From Piromyces finnis finn (taxonomy: Eukaryota > Fungi > Neocallimastigomycota): a stretch of 64,000 nucleotides of DNA. This document shows, piece by piece, positions 29,051-49,424 of this stretch (position 1 is its first letter; every line of letters begins with the position of its first letter). A program made the position numbers and the translations under genes. The stretch is taken from NCBI GenBank assembly GCA_002104945.1, contig MCFH01000046.1, positions 1 through 64,000 on the forward strand. The letters run 5' to 3'. The notes under the pieces are model-generated. The model was not told where the DNA came from. It saw nothing but the letters and a program-made list of their open reading frames with translations, and did not search any database.

Positions 29051-31617
29051 TTATATCTTCAAATATTCAAATAAATGAATATTTGCATATAAAAGAAAAC
29101 CTAATCCAATATATTCAAAGTTTCTTGATAAAAATATAACAGAATGTCTTGGAAGATGATATTTCTTTTTACTATCATAGTTATAAAGTTTAAAATATAT
29201 AGAATATAAAAAATTATTTTAACATCTATTTCCTATTTTTTTTTTTTTTTTTTTTTTTTGTTACTATTATAATTTTATGTAAACTTACTGGTTTAAAAGA
29301 ATATCTTCATCTTCAGTATCATCTTTGACTTGGTTTAAATCACTCTTGGATTTATCCCTTAATATACAAATGACATTATTGTTATTATTAGTTATCATCA
29401 TGATCTAACATTAAAAATAAATAAATCTACTTACTTGATATTTTTATTCTCTTTTTTAAATCTATTTGCAATAAATAATATAGTTTTTCTAATGACTTTT
29501 TTAAAGCATAAAAGTATTATTAAGCCTATATATATTATTATAGAAATATTAATTAAAAAAATTTTATTATAAATATTTAAACTTTATAATTTTATAATAT
29601 AAATAGCTGGTAAAAAAAAAAAAAAAAGGTATTACTAACCTAATACATATCTTATTAATAATACTGATTTAATTCCAAAAATATTATATAATTTATTTAA
29701 GAATTCGTATCTTAAAAAGGAACTTTTTATATTTTTATATCCTATAGGTTCGTTCATTAAAGCACTTTTAAGACTATGAATATTTCTATTTTTAATATTA
29801 TAGGTTTTAACAGAACTGTTTGAACCATATATTTTTTTATCAAACCATGAACCAATAGCAATGCCATCGAAGAAACAGAAAAATGAATAACTATCTTCAA
29901 AGCATGGACAATAATCTAAAAAAAAAAAAAGTCATACATATAATGATTATCAGCTAAATATACTAATAAAATGCGTAGAGACATTTTATAATAATTTTTA
30001 TTAAATAATAATGAATATACGTTCAGGTTCTGGATGAATATATAAAAGTAAAAATCTATGGAAAATCAATTGAATAATAGGACCTATGATAATATATGAA
30101 ATATTTTTTATAATATAAAAATTATTATTATTTAAATTTATTAATTCCATTATGTTTAATAAAATAATAATAATAAATACCTAAAATACTGGAATAAAAG
30201 AATGATTCATAAATATAACTGAAAATATACCAATTGATCACTGTAACTGTAATTCCAATAACAAGACCTACAGTTATATCTAAAAATGAATGCATTCCAA
30301 AGTATATTCTACTTATGCTAACCATAAAGATAAATAAAAAGGTAGTGAAATATATTATTATCATCAATGGATTACTAACAGTTATTACTGGTTTAATAAA
30401 TGTTAAAAAGAAAAATAAAAAGTTAAGTGCAAGAACACAGGCATTTGCTGAATGAGTACTTGGACATCCAAATTCATAGTCGACATAACTTTTCTTTAAT
30501 TTTCTTATAACTGGTGGACTTTTTGGTCTTGGTAAGCTTAAATAATCCTATAAAAAATTAATTTATATAGATTGAGATATATATCCATAATGTACTGATA
30601 TAACAAGAAAAAAAAATACCTTTACAAACCCGGTTATAAATGTTGAATATGCAAAAGATAATACCTTTTATATTATGTATAAATATTTATAAGATTTATG
30701 AGATATTTATAAATTAAATTTTATTATTATTGAAAATGAATTAATCTATTTTTTTTTCCTATCCCAAATCAATTAATTTCAGTTTTAATGTTTAAAATAA
30801 ATAAATAAAAACCAAAGGATATATATATCTGAATAAAATTCAATATTTTAAAGAGAATTGATAAAGTTTATATGTTTTTAACTTTTTTAATTTTATTATA
30901 CATTATACATTTAAAAACTATATTTAGTTAAAATTATAATATATCCTAACATTGGAATTAATTTAACTAACGTTGTGTTTGTTTTTGTTTTAGTTTTCGC
31001 TTTTTCTTTTTCTTTTTCTTTTTCTTTTTTTTTTTTTTTGTTTTGTTTTTTCAATTGCTTATTTGATTTTTGTTAATTTTATAATTATATATATTACTTC
31101 ATGAATATTCTTTTTAAACTAAAATTATTGTTATACGAATAATTGATTTTATTATATATTATATGAACATATTTATTTTTTGCAAAATGTTATATACTGA
31201 ATTGATAATATAAATGTTTTTTTAAGAACGAAAAAAATTGAAAGGACAATTCCAACTGCTGAATTAAAAAAAAAAATACTTTAAAAATTTACAAAAAAAA
31301 AAAATAATATTTACTAAATTTCTTGCTAAAAAGTTAATTTCTCTAAATAATTCAGCTCTTATTAAACCATATCCTGATATATCACATGAAAAAAGCATTG
31401 GAATAAATATAGTATAAAAGTCATCATTTCCGGTAAAAGTTGCAATTAACATAATCTCATTTAATATTGGATTTTGTATTTTTTTTTGAAGTTTTAAAAT
31501 TGCATTGGATTCACTTTCAATCCCCTTTTTCAAATAAAGTCTTAATTTTTCTTTAAAAGTTAATGGGTCAACAGTTTGACCTTTATTCGTATTATTAATT
31601 TCAGTAGTAGCAACCAT
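29051..31617 (-). CDS. LCB3: Long-chain-base (sphingosine/dihydrosphingosine)-1-phosphate phosphatase, PAP2 family (Lcb3/Ysr3/SGPP type); multi-exon
   Basis: The true ATG is at 31617; the ORF track starts at an upstream GTG. The three PAP2 motifs are GFVKDYLSLPRPKSPP, EFGCPSTHSANA and SRIYFGMHSFLD. The last exon is KKYHLPRHSVIFLSRNFEYIGLGFLL...EYLKI* with the stop at 29051-29053. Some internal junctions were not individually checked. Confidence 0.9.
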
Positions 31618-31898
31618 TTCAAATAACACTTTTTTTCATTAATACTATAAAAAGAGATAATGGGAAAAAGGAAAAAAAAAAAAAAAAAAGAAAGAAAGAA
31701 AGAGGAAATAGTTTATATATATATTTTTAAATTAATAATTTTATTATTTTGTTTTGTTTTGTTTTGTTTTTTAATTTCTGTATTTTTCTTTTTTATCTTC
31801 TTATTTTTAATTTTAAAAATTAAAAAAAAAACTTTTCCCATTAATTTTTTTTAAGAATAGTTTTTAATTTTTTGAAAATTAAATTAAAAACTTTGATT

Positions 31899-31929
<31 letters not shown>

Positions 31930-32098
31930 TTTGTTTATTTATTTATTTATTTATTATTTATTTATTTATTATTTATTTATTTATTTATTTATTATTTATT
32001 TATTTATTTATTATTTATTTATTTATTTATTATTTATTTATTTATTATTTATTTATTATTTATTTATTTATTTATTATTTATTTATTTATTTATTTGT

Positions 32099-32137
<39 letters not shown>

Positions 32138-32152
32138 GTTAGTTAGTTAGTT
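31899..32152. repeat. Imperfect (ATTT)n microsatellite ending in (GTTA)n
   Basis: Direct reading. It produces the spurious ORFs 31872..32138 and 31931..32146. Confidence 0.95.
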
Positions 32153-32552
32153 ATTATTGAGAAAAAAATTAATTATCATTTAGATTTATGTTCTTCAATA
32201 TTTTTAATGACTTTTGGAAAAATCGTTTATTAATAATTATAAATAAAAATAAAAAACCTTTCATAAATATTTCTTTAAACCTTTGAAATAGAAAAAAAAA
32301 AAAAAGTAATATTAAATAATATTTAATAATAATAAAGAAAAAGCAAAACACTTTTATATTAAATATACAACTATAACATTTATAAAACAAATATATTAAT
32401 ATTATGATGCTATAATGTTATATCTTATAAGCATTATAATACAACCATTACTTCAAAATTAAGCGTTTTCCTTTTTCGATTTTACCTAATTAAAAACTCG
32501 AAAACTTTAAAAATAGTAATAATCAATTCTATTAAACTTTAAAATGAATTTT

Positions 32553-32561
32553 AGCCAATCA
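32553..32561 (+). promoter_or_regulatory. Possible CCAAT box (AGCCAATCA) about 260 bp upstream of DPH4
   Basis: Matches the RRCCAATCA NF-Y/HAP consensus in the LCB3/DPH4 divergent intergenic region. Motif match only. Confidence 0.25.
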
Positions 32562-32822
32562 TCACAAATAATTTTTGGAAAAAGTTTAATTTAAATCTTT
32601 ATATTTTTTTTATTCTGCTATAACAAAAGCAGTACAACCAACTGAATAAATATTGTTTTTTATTAGTGAATTTATATAAAAGAAACATTACTGTATTTTT
32701 CAAATAATAGTAAAAAACATTTAAGGGATATTAATTAATAAATATAAACCAGTATAAATAACTTGAAAAATTACATATATATGTCATTTTCATAATTAAA
32801 TAGTATAATAGTAAATTTTATA

Positions 32823-33591
32823 ATGAATAGTTACGAAATTCTTGACATTGACCAAAATGCAGATTTTGATATTATTAAGAAAACCTACCAAAAGCTTATT
32901 TTAAAAGTAAATATAATTACTTTCGTTATAAATTATATTGAAAATGATTTTAAAATTATGGGAAACTAAATTCAAACATAAATTTGTTTTATAATAGTAT
33001 CATCCAGATAAATTACAACAAAGTGGTGTTACTTCTCAAGAAATAATTGAAAAAAACAAGAAAAAATTTCAAGAGATCCAAAAAGCTTGGAACAATATTT
33101 CAACTCCAGAAAAAAAACTACAATATGATAAAGAACTTTTAGGTAGTTATCACTAATTATTGTTGTTATTGTTATTGTTATAATAATTAACATACCTATA
33201 TATTATTTTATATGAACATTTCATTTTAATTAAAAGCACAATCATTTAAACAAGATGGTGTCATTAATGAAGAAATAGATCTTGATGATATGGAATTTGA
33301 CGAAGGTCAGTATTTTATATAAGTTCTTTTAATTTCGTATAATCCATTAAGAAAATTGTATTTATACAATAATTTATTAATTTTTACTTTAAATTTACTA
33401 TAAATGTTGGTGGGAATTCATTTTGTTATGATTTTATAGAAGAAGAAACTTATTTCAGTGAATGTCGTTGTGGTGGAATTTATAAAATCACTATTGATGA
33501 TTTAGAAAATAATGTGAATGTAATTAGTTGTGATATTTGCTCTTTAAAAATAAAGGTTTTGTATGAAGTTATTGAAGACGAAGAAGAATAA
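32823..33591 (+). CDS. DPH4: Diphthamide biosynthesis protein 4 (J-domain plus CSL zinc finger, DNAJC24/Jjj3); 4 exons, 149 aa
   Basis: Exons 32823-32906, 32998-33142, 33237-33305 and 33440-33591 sum to 450 nt. The product reads MNSYEILDIDQNADFDIIKKTYQKLILK|YHPDK...FQEIQKAW...YD, then EEIDLDDM, ECRCGGIY and CDICSLKIKV. It is absent from the ORF track because the exons are short. Confidence 0.95.
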
Positions 33592-34235
33592 AAATAAACT
33601 ATATTTAATATACCAAATTAAGATTTTTAATTAATTGAAAAATAAATAATAAATGATACCCAAAGTTCAAATAATAGTTTCGATTTGAACGAGAATTTTA
33701 CATTTACATGAATAAACAAATATAAAAAAATTATTACACATATTACATTTATAATAAATAAAATAAATAACTTTAATGGTTATTAATCATTATTATTTAT
33801 TCAATAATATATAATATAGCAATTATATATTTGATAATTTTTTTTTTTTTTTTCTTTTGATAAAAGAAATAATTACAATTTTTATATACTATATAAAATA
33901 AAAATAGATATTATTACTATTTTTTATATTTTTTATATTATTTATATATTAATATTATTATCTTTTACTAGATAGTAATTTTTATATATGTATTAATTAT
34001 ATAAAGGTTTTATTTATAATAATGTTATTAATAATATCGATCTGGTGATGTTGTTATTTCATTGTTTTACTTCAAAAATATATATATATATGCTATATCT
34101 TTAATAATAATAAATATAAGAAAAAAAATAAAGTGAAATAAAACAAATAAATAAAAAAAAAACCTAGAACTCTTAATAATATGGATATACTTTTTAAAAG
34201 TAAGAGAAACTAATATAACTAATATAAAATTAAAT

Positions 34236-40966
<6,731 letters not shown>

Positions 40967-42971
40967 TTTGTTTTATTTATTATTATTATAAATAATAATA
41001 ATAATAATATATATATATTATACTTTTTTTTTTTCTATTGATTTATTTAATATTTTATGCTTCTAAAAATTCAACAATTATATATAAATCTAGGCGAAAT
41101 AATTATTAATTTAAAATATATGTATTGTATATGTATGCTTCTTGAAAAAAATTATTAAAACCGTTATTATATATATATGGTAATTTAATACATTATAATA
41201 TTAAGAAAAAGATATTCAAAAAAAAAAAATCTATATATAAATAAAACAAAAAAAAAAAGTTATGTTATAAAAATTAAAATGTAATATTAATATTTTTTGT
41301 TTTAAATATTATTGATAATTGATAATATTTTTCAACATCAATTTTTATTAGGATTATATGATTTGGCAAATATATAATCGAAACTATTTTAATTCAATAT
41401 ATGTTTTTTATATTTGATGTTATATAAAGTATTAATGATAAAAATTGACTTTGTTATATATATATAATATTGCCTGCATAATATTTATATACTAAATTAC
41501 TTTTTTTTTTCTACATATAAAGATATCTATAATTGAGAATTATTATACTTTTAGAATTTCTATTGAATCTGAAATATATACCAACAAAATGCTTTTTTTT
41601 TTTTATCCAATATAAATATAAATATATTCAACACCAAAAATAATATATAATATATATATACTTATTGACTTTTCATTATAATATTCAGAAGAAGAAGAAA
41701 AAAAAATTGATTTATAAAAAAGAAAATGTAATTAAAAATATCTATAATTTTTATATATATAAACTTATAGATAATTACATGAATTAAATAATATATGATA
41801 AAAAAATATAATTATAGTAATACTACAGTTTAAAAAATAGAAAATTTAAAATAAAAATTTAATAGAAAAAACTTTGATATTAAAAGTTATAACTTTATTA
41901 TTATTTATACCTATTCCTCTAATATTTATTGTTCACAATCATTATTTGGTAACTTTAATAGAAAAAAGTTTATTGATTACCTTTCTTTTCTTTTTCCAAA
42001 TTTTTAGAATTATACCATTAAAATGTTTCCATTATAAGATATTTTTTCTATTGATATTATTGATAATAAATATATAATAAATATAATACAATTATAAAAA
42101 ATACTTTTTTTAAATACTACACTACATCATTTTAATTCTTTCTGAAATATGAATATTTGTCTATCTGTCTACAATAAACCGCATTTATCATCAATGTTTT
42201 CCATATATATATAATGTACCTATCTTTAATTTAAACTTCATATTAAAATCAATGAAGACATAATAATTACAAAACTTTAATTTTATTATTTTTTGTCAGA
42301 GTAAAAAAAAATAAAAAAAATACTCTAAATATTAATGTTTAATTAATACTATAAATAAAAAAAAAAATAAAAAAAAAATAAAAAAAAAAAAAAAAAAAAA
42401 AAAACTAATCTAAAAATAAAATTTAATATTTTTATATATATTTATACACAAAGGATACTAAGACTTAAAGATAAATTCTATTATTTTATTTTTTCATTAA
42501 TTTCTATAACATTATTAAAAATATTATTTTCTATAAAACTTTTAACTAATTACGTAAAATAAAATATATAAAGGAAAAAAATAGTTTATAATTTAAAATA
42601 AATAAATAATAAAAAAGAAAAAGAAAACTATTTAATTATAAAACAATAACTTTTTTTTTTAAGAGTATTTATTTATGTCATGCTATTCACATCTTGAATG
42701 AATTTTTATATTACTGTATTTTTTATTTTATGCTTTATATTTTATAAAAAATAATAATAATAATAATAATAAAAAAAATTAAAATAGAAAATAAAAAAAA
42801 TACAAATATTAATTGACTGATCATATTATTAAAAACTTTGATCACTTCGTTTATATATTGTTTTTTTTTTTTGTTTTTGTTTTTATCATTATTATTATCA
42901 ATATTATTATTATTCCTTTGTATTTGTTTTTAATACATATTATTGATAATCAAATATCTTTTCAAAATAAA

Positions 42972-44156
42972 TTATTTACAATATGAGTCACTCTTTAATT
43001 TTTCTCTTCTATCAAGCATAGCTTCATGCATCTTTCCAGACTTTTTAGCTTTTCTTAGATCATTAAAATCTTGATTTGGCATAACAAGTCTTCCATTACC
43101 CCAACTTTGATATCTTTTACTATTAAGCAGAAAATAAAAAAGCAATTAATATACATTAAATATTAGAAAAGTTTAATTTTAAGAATATATTGAAATTATT
43201 ATTACTCTTATGATTAAATTGATATAAAGTTTTAAAAATACTTACACAGAATCAATTTCTTGAGAATATAATGGTTTTTCTTCAACTTTAACCTTTTTCT
43301 TTTTTCTATTTTGAGCTTGGAATTTAACTAAAAAGATTTCATGGAAACCAATAGTATCACTATCTGCTCTTATAACCATTTTTCCATCTTGCTCATCAAC
43401 TGTTAAAAATTTATCATATGAGTTTTTAAATGCGATTCCATCTTCTCTAAATATAACTTCCCATTCTTCTTGAACACCGACTGCTTCATTTTCACATGAA
43501 ACAACACCAAATTTATCACAGCCAATATATTTATTATATGCTGATTTTAAATTAAATGATGATGAATCAATAACTCTCTTAATAACAAATACCTGAGAAA
43601 CATCAGTTGGTGTAATATCTTTAATTTGGTAGTTATCTGAATCAACAACTGAATTTAATGAAATTTTTGAACTTTTAGAATCAGAACATATACATGATAA
43701 TTTTTCTGTAGCATTTGATAAAATAAAAATTGGACCAGTTAAATCATCAGCACTTTCAACATTTATCCATCCTTTTTTTTTTTTTTTTTAATTTAAATAA
43801 TACATTGAATAAATAATTTAATAAATAATTTAAATTTTATTTAATAAAATGAAATGTTAATTTATAAAATAATTACCTTCTAAAGGCATTTCATTTTCTT
43901 CTTCTTCATGTTTTCTTTTCTTATCCTTCTTCCTTTCATTTTAAAATTTGGATAATTATTATTAAGAATAATTTGTTAATTATATATTTTTACTACAAAA
44001 AAAAAAAAAAAGAAAAGAAAGATGAATTTTAAAATCTAATTTTAATTCATTAATAAAAATAATGAATTTTAAATATTACTTTTTATGATGATGTTTCTTC
44101 TTTTCTGAACCCTTAAAAGTTAATTTTCCTTTTATTGATTTATAACTAGATGACAT
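42972..44156 (-). CDS. FRG1: FRG1-like protein (beta-trefoil/fascin-like fold); 4 exons, about 268 aa
   Basis: Exons 44156-44080, 43932-43877, 43771-43246 and 43119-42972 sum to 807 nt. The product reads MSSSYKSIKGKLTFKG, has a basic NLS-like stretch, then GW...DDLTGP, KSAYNKYIGCDKFGVVSCENEAVGVQEEW and KRYQSWG, and ends HEAMLDRREKLKSDSYCK*. Confidence 0.92.
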
Positions 44157-45462
44157 TTCAAAATTTCAAAAATGATTTCAATTTTTTTATAAAGTTATTA
44201 AATTATCAAAATTTATTTTTACCTTTTTAACCCTTACGAAAAAACTTTTTGGACCAAATTATTTTGTACAATGAATTATTATATTGAAAAGGTTAGTTTT
44301 TACAAAATTTTAAAAATAATAATTACATCAAAGTGTATTTATTTCTTTTTTATAAATTCTAATTTTTTTTAACTATTTAAAACATCGTAAATTGTAGAGT
44401 TATTCATTTTATTATAGAAAACAGTTATCTTTAAGGATTGATAGTATCCCAATGATACTATTAGACATTACCTATAAAAATATTTATTTTCAAACTTTAT
44501 AGAAATAAAATTCATTTTAATAAGGTTAGTGTCTACACTTTATATTTCCACAAAGTTTATTACATATATTTATATGCTCGACTGTAGATTGACTTTTACT
44601 ATCACTGTTAGAAAAGAAATTATTAGGAATGACTTAAATGCTTTGTATATAATAGAATAAGTATATACACTGTTATCACAAATTAAAATAATTATTATTA
44701 ATAAATTTTGATTTTGATAAAGCTAATTTAAAAATGTTTTTTTATTTTATATTATCTAGTGATTTTTTTCTAATTAGTATAAATATTTAAAGATGGATAA
44801 AAGTATTCTTTTTTGCATTTTATTACAGTTTTAATTTTATTATTATTTATTGTACATTTAGAATTACATTTTATATAAATAATATAATTAATTTTTTTGA
44901 AGGAATAATATTTAATTAATTTGTTAAAAAATAAAAAGTAAATTTGTGTAGAATTTAAATTAAAATTAAATTTTTTTTTAATTAAATAAAAATAATAATT
45001 AGGATAATTAAACTTTAAATTTTTTGAAATTTTAAAAAAAATTAAAGTTTTAATTTTTTTTTTTTTGTAAAAATCATATTAATAGAATAGTTTTTTTTTT
45101 TTTTTCTTGATATAAAAGATATTAAAAAAAAAATCAACAAAAAAAAACAAATATTATATGATGATAATAAATATATATATTGATAAAAATTAAAGTTCAT
45201 TATATATATAATATATTATTTTATGTATTTTAAATATCTATTATTTCAAGTTTAAATTAATATTATTAGTTATTCCACTTATTAATGAATAATATGTAAT
45301 GAAAAAGTTATTTTAATTATTATTTTTCTTTTTAAGAGTAGAATTTATTTATAATATCATCAAACTTTATGATTAATCTATATTTAAATAAAGATAAGAA
45401 GGTTATAATTAATAATTAATAAATGAAATGAACTAGTTATTGAAGGTATTTTCTTAAGCAAA

Positions 45463-45518
45463 TAACTAACTAACTAACTAACTAAATAAATGAATGAATA
45501 GATAAATAAATGAATGAA

Positions 45519-45565
<47 letters not shown>
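45463..45565. repeat. Compound (AACT)n-(AAAT/GAAT)n microsatellite
   Basis: Direct reading. Confidence 0.9.
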
Positions 45566-45566
<1 letters not shown>

Positions 45567-47322
45567 ATTTAATATGGAATAAATTAAAAATTTCCATTTT
45601 TTAATAATTTTAAATTATTTCTTTTTTTTTTTTTTTAAAAAAATAAATATATAAATTTTATTTTTTGTTAAATAAAACTTTTTTTTAATAAAAAAGTAAT
45701 TAAGGAAAAGTCAACAATTAAATTTGCTGTAAATGTCATTTTTATTTTATAATATGTATTACGCAATAATATAACTGATTATAATAAAAAACAAAGTATT
45801 ATATTATGAATGAAAATAGAATGAATTTATACTTTTTTTTAAATCGTAATAAATGGGTAATCCATATTAATGTTATTAAATTACTAAAAAAGGATATTTA
45901 CATTTAAAATATTTTTCAGACGTGAATAAAAAAATATATTTTAAAAAATATGTTTAAATTACAAATGATAGATAAGAAAAATGCCATTGTATTTAATAAT
46001 ACCAATATATGATTTAAGCCGATCTTTATTAATTAGACAATTCAATATTTAATTTATTAATGTTTAAATAAATAATCTTTAACAAGAAATAAAAAAACAA
46101 AATTTTATTATTATGTGGAATTTTTCATAATATTATTAATTACCAATGATATAATTAATATTATCAGGAATTAATATAAATTTTAATAATAATAAGAAAT
46201 GCAAGAAAAAAAAAGCACTCATTAAGTATCATTATTTCATTAGGATAATATTTAATATATCATTTTAAAATATTTATATAAAAATAATTGAAAATTTAAA
46301 AGAATACATGAAATTATATTATAAAAGGGTATAAGGGTTATTCATATTAAATAATATACTTTTATTTTATAAATATATAAAATAATCCCATTAATCAATT
46401 GCTATATATATTCTAAAAATATATTCATATATATATAATGAGAAAATAACAAAAATAAAAATAGTTCTTTTTTATTATAATAATGACAACCGTAATAATA
46501 TATATAAAACTATGAAAAGTGAAAACTAACAATTTTGTTATTTTTTTTTTAAAAAAAAAAAATTATAGTAAAATTGAGCAATTTAAAAACGGCCACAATT
46601 TTTTATTTTTATTTTTTTAAAAAAAAAATAAAATAAAATATATAACAAATAAATTATAAACAAAAGTATAATATAAATATTAATATATTATATATTACTA
46701 TTTTATGATAGCATTAATATATAAACATATTTCATTTTTATAATTTTTCTTTATACATTTTTTAGGTTAAATAAAATAAAAATAATTAAAATTAAATTCA
46801 ATAAATAACAAAATCAAGTCAATAAATTATATAAAAGAAATATATAAATTATTTCATAGACTGTAACAATATATCCTATTAATTGGTATTTATTTTATCA
46901 AACATTTATAATTAATTTTTATATATTATTATATGAAAAAAAAAAAACTCAATTTTTGATTAGTAAGTATACTTTTTTTTTTTTCTTTTTTTAACATTTG
47001 TATATATTAAACATTTAATTGTAAAATTACAATTTTAATTACATTATTTATTTTAATTATAAAACCATTTTTATAATTTATTCATAAAATTTTGAATTAT
47101 TAATATTGAAATTATAATTATTATTATTATAATATTTATTAAATTTTTATATATTATTTTTTATATTTTTTATATAAATTAATTAAACAGATAAAAGTAA
47201 TTAATAAAATTTTTTGTTATATGCTTTTACAAAATATTTATTAAAAGGTATATAGTTAAGTAAAAATAAAAATAAAAATAAAAAAAAATCAAAAATCAAA
47301 AAAAAAAAAGTTAAAAAGAAAT

Positions 47323-48057
47323 ATGTCACGTTCAATTTCTTGTTTTGATTCATCATTACCAGCAATTGAACTTGATATTGCTCAAGCAAAAGCTAATAAC
47401 TTCAATGAACCTGGAAAAGAAACCGCAACTTATATTGAAGGTACACTTTTAGTAAGAAGCAATGCAGGAATGAATAAGTCTGTCTATGTACGTTTATATG
47501 ATCCTAAAAAGCAATGGATTAATATAGGTGCATCATATTTACGTACTATAGATGATAAAACAGAGCTTTGGTATTTTAAAACACCTTCTTATGGATATGA
47601 TCCAGGAGCTGAATATGTTTGTTTCCAATTTGCTTTATGTTTAGTAGTACCAGGAAGACCAGATGTATGGGATAATAATTATGGCAGAAATTATGAAGTT
47701 GGTAAAGGAACTAAATGTCCAACACCATTAATTGCATTTGGGGCACGTAAATTAATTCCAAATTTAGAAAGTATAATGATATATGATGGTTGGAAAGGAA
47801 GTATTTATGTATCACCAGCTATTGGTAAGCCAAAGGATGTATCTATTATTTGGTCATTAGATAAATGGAAGAGTGAAAATATATTATCACTTCAATATGT
47901 CTATCAAACAAATCAAGTAGATGTTTATCGTTGGAATATTGAACTAAATGTACCTCAGCATACCGAAATTAATTACTATTTTAAAGCTATTACTGAAAAT
48001 GGAGAAATATATGTAGATACAAATAATAACAAAAATTATGATTTAATAAACTATTAA
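47323..48057 (+). CDS. Intronless protein of two tandem CBM21-like (starch/glycogen-binding) domains, 244 aa
   Basis: Domain 1: IEGTLLVRSNAGMNKSVYVR...W...A.Y...ELWYF...FQFAL...VWDNNYGRNYEV. Domain 2: WKGSIYV...KDVSIIWSLDKWK...YYFKA...YVDTNNNKNYDL. Both follow the CBM21 pattern GxxxVxN...KxVxvr...W...WDNNxGxNY. Confidence 0.85.
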   Translation: MSRSISCFDSSLPAIELDIAQAKANNFNEPGKETATYIEGTLLVRSNAGMNKSVYVRLYDPKKQWINIGASYLRTIDDKTELWYFKTPSYGYDPGAEYVCFQFALCLVVPGRPDVWDNNYGRNYEVGKGTKCPTPLIAFGARKLIPNLESIMIYDGWKGSIYVSPAIGKPKDVSIIWSLDKWKSENILSLQYVYQTNQVDVYRWNIELNVPQHTEINYYFKAITENGEIYVDTNNNKNYDLINY

Positions 48058-49014
48058 ATAATTATAGTATAATATATATACTTTGCTCAGCTTGAAGTTT
48101 CAAAACTAATAAGATAAAAAAAAATAATGATATAAAAATGACAAAACAAAACAAAACAACCAACTAAACAAAACAACCATTTCTTTTTTAAAAAACTTAA
48201 AAAAACATAAAATTTTTTATTTACTGATTTCTTTTTTTTTTCTTCCCTTTTTTTTTTGTTTTGGAAAAAGAAAAACACTAAAACATAAATTAACTTAGGA
48301 AATAAAAAGATAATGTTCAAAAGCAATACCAATACAAATGTCAATTACAATATTAATAACAACAATAATAATACAACAATAATAATAGTTAAAAGCAATA
48401 ATAATATAAATTGATTAGTGTAGTATTATACATGCTCAATATATCTAAATTCATACATATTACATTTATACATCCAGAAAAATAAAAACAAAGATAAAAA
48501 TAAAAATATAATTTATAATTTTACAAGTATTCCCCCAAAAAAATGAGAAAGCAAAAAACTAAAAATAAAAAAGCAAGAATAAAAACAAAACAAAATAAAA
48601 ATAATAATAATAAAAAATAAAACAAGACAAAAAAGCAAAAGTGAAAAACCAAAAATCATTAAAAAAATTAATAATAAAAAAAATATATATTTATTTTGCA
48701 ATACAATTTTTTAAATGAATAAATAATAAGAATAAATAATAATAATAATATTATAAATAAGATATACTAATTTAATACCTTATCATTCCATTTATTATCA
48801 ACATTTCCATTCCATTATTATTATTATTATAATAGAGCTATTTATTTATTTATTTCATTTCATTTTAAATTAATACTATTTATGAACTATTTAATATATA
48901 TAATATATATACTTATTTACTACCAATAATTTATAAAGAAATAATACCATAATTTTAACATTAACAATATAAATTCATTCATTACATTTTTTTTCTTTTT
49001 TCTTTCATTCTTTC

Positions 49015-49050
<36 letters not shown>

Positions 49051-49315
49051 TTTTATAAAAACAGTAAATAAGTAAAATAATTTAAAATATAGTTTTTTAT
49101 TTTATTTTATTATTTTTTCAACATTAATATTAAAAACTACTTATTCTAATAATATTGTTAAATATATATTTGGTATGATTAATAAGTATATATATACATA
49201 TATATAAATACAATAAAAACACAAATATATAAAGGAGAAATAAAAAAAAAAAGAAGAAAAAGTAATACAGCTTTTCAAATTTAAATTATAACATATATTC
49301 TTCCTAATACAAAAT

Positions 49316-49318
<3 letters not shown>

Positions 49319-49352
<34 letters not shown>

Positions 49353-49356
49353 AAAA

Positions 49357-49420
<64 letters not shown>
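49319..49420. repeat. Poly(A) run of about 32 nt followed by (AAT) about x21
   Basis: Direct reading. Confidence 0.9.

Positions 49421-49424
<4 letters not shown>

Noticed and set aside
31872-32146. ORFs of 88 and 71 aa with an FIYL-repeat, TM-like appearance
   Set aside because: Translations of the (ATTT)n microsatellite.
44441-44461. 8-bp hairpin atagtatc-ccaat-gatactat upstream of FRG1
   Set aside because: Too short and AT-rich to exceed chance; no RNA-gene context.
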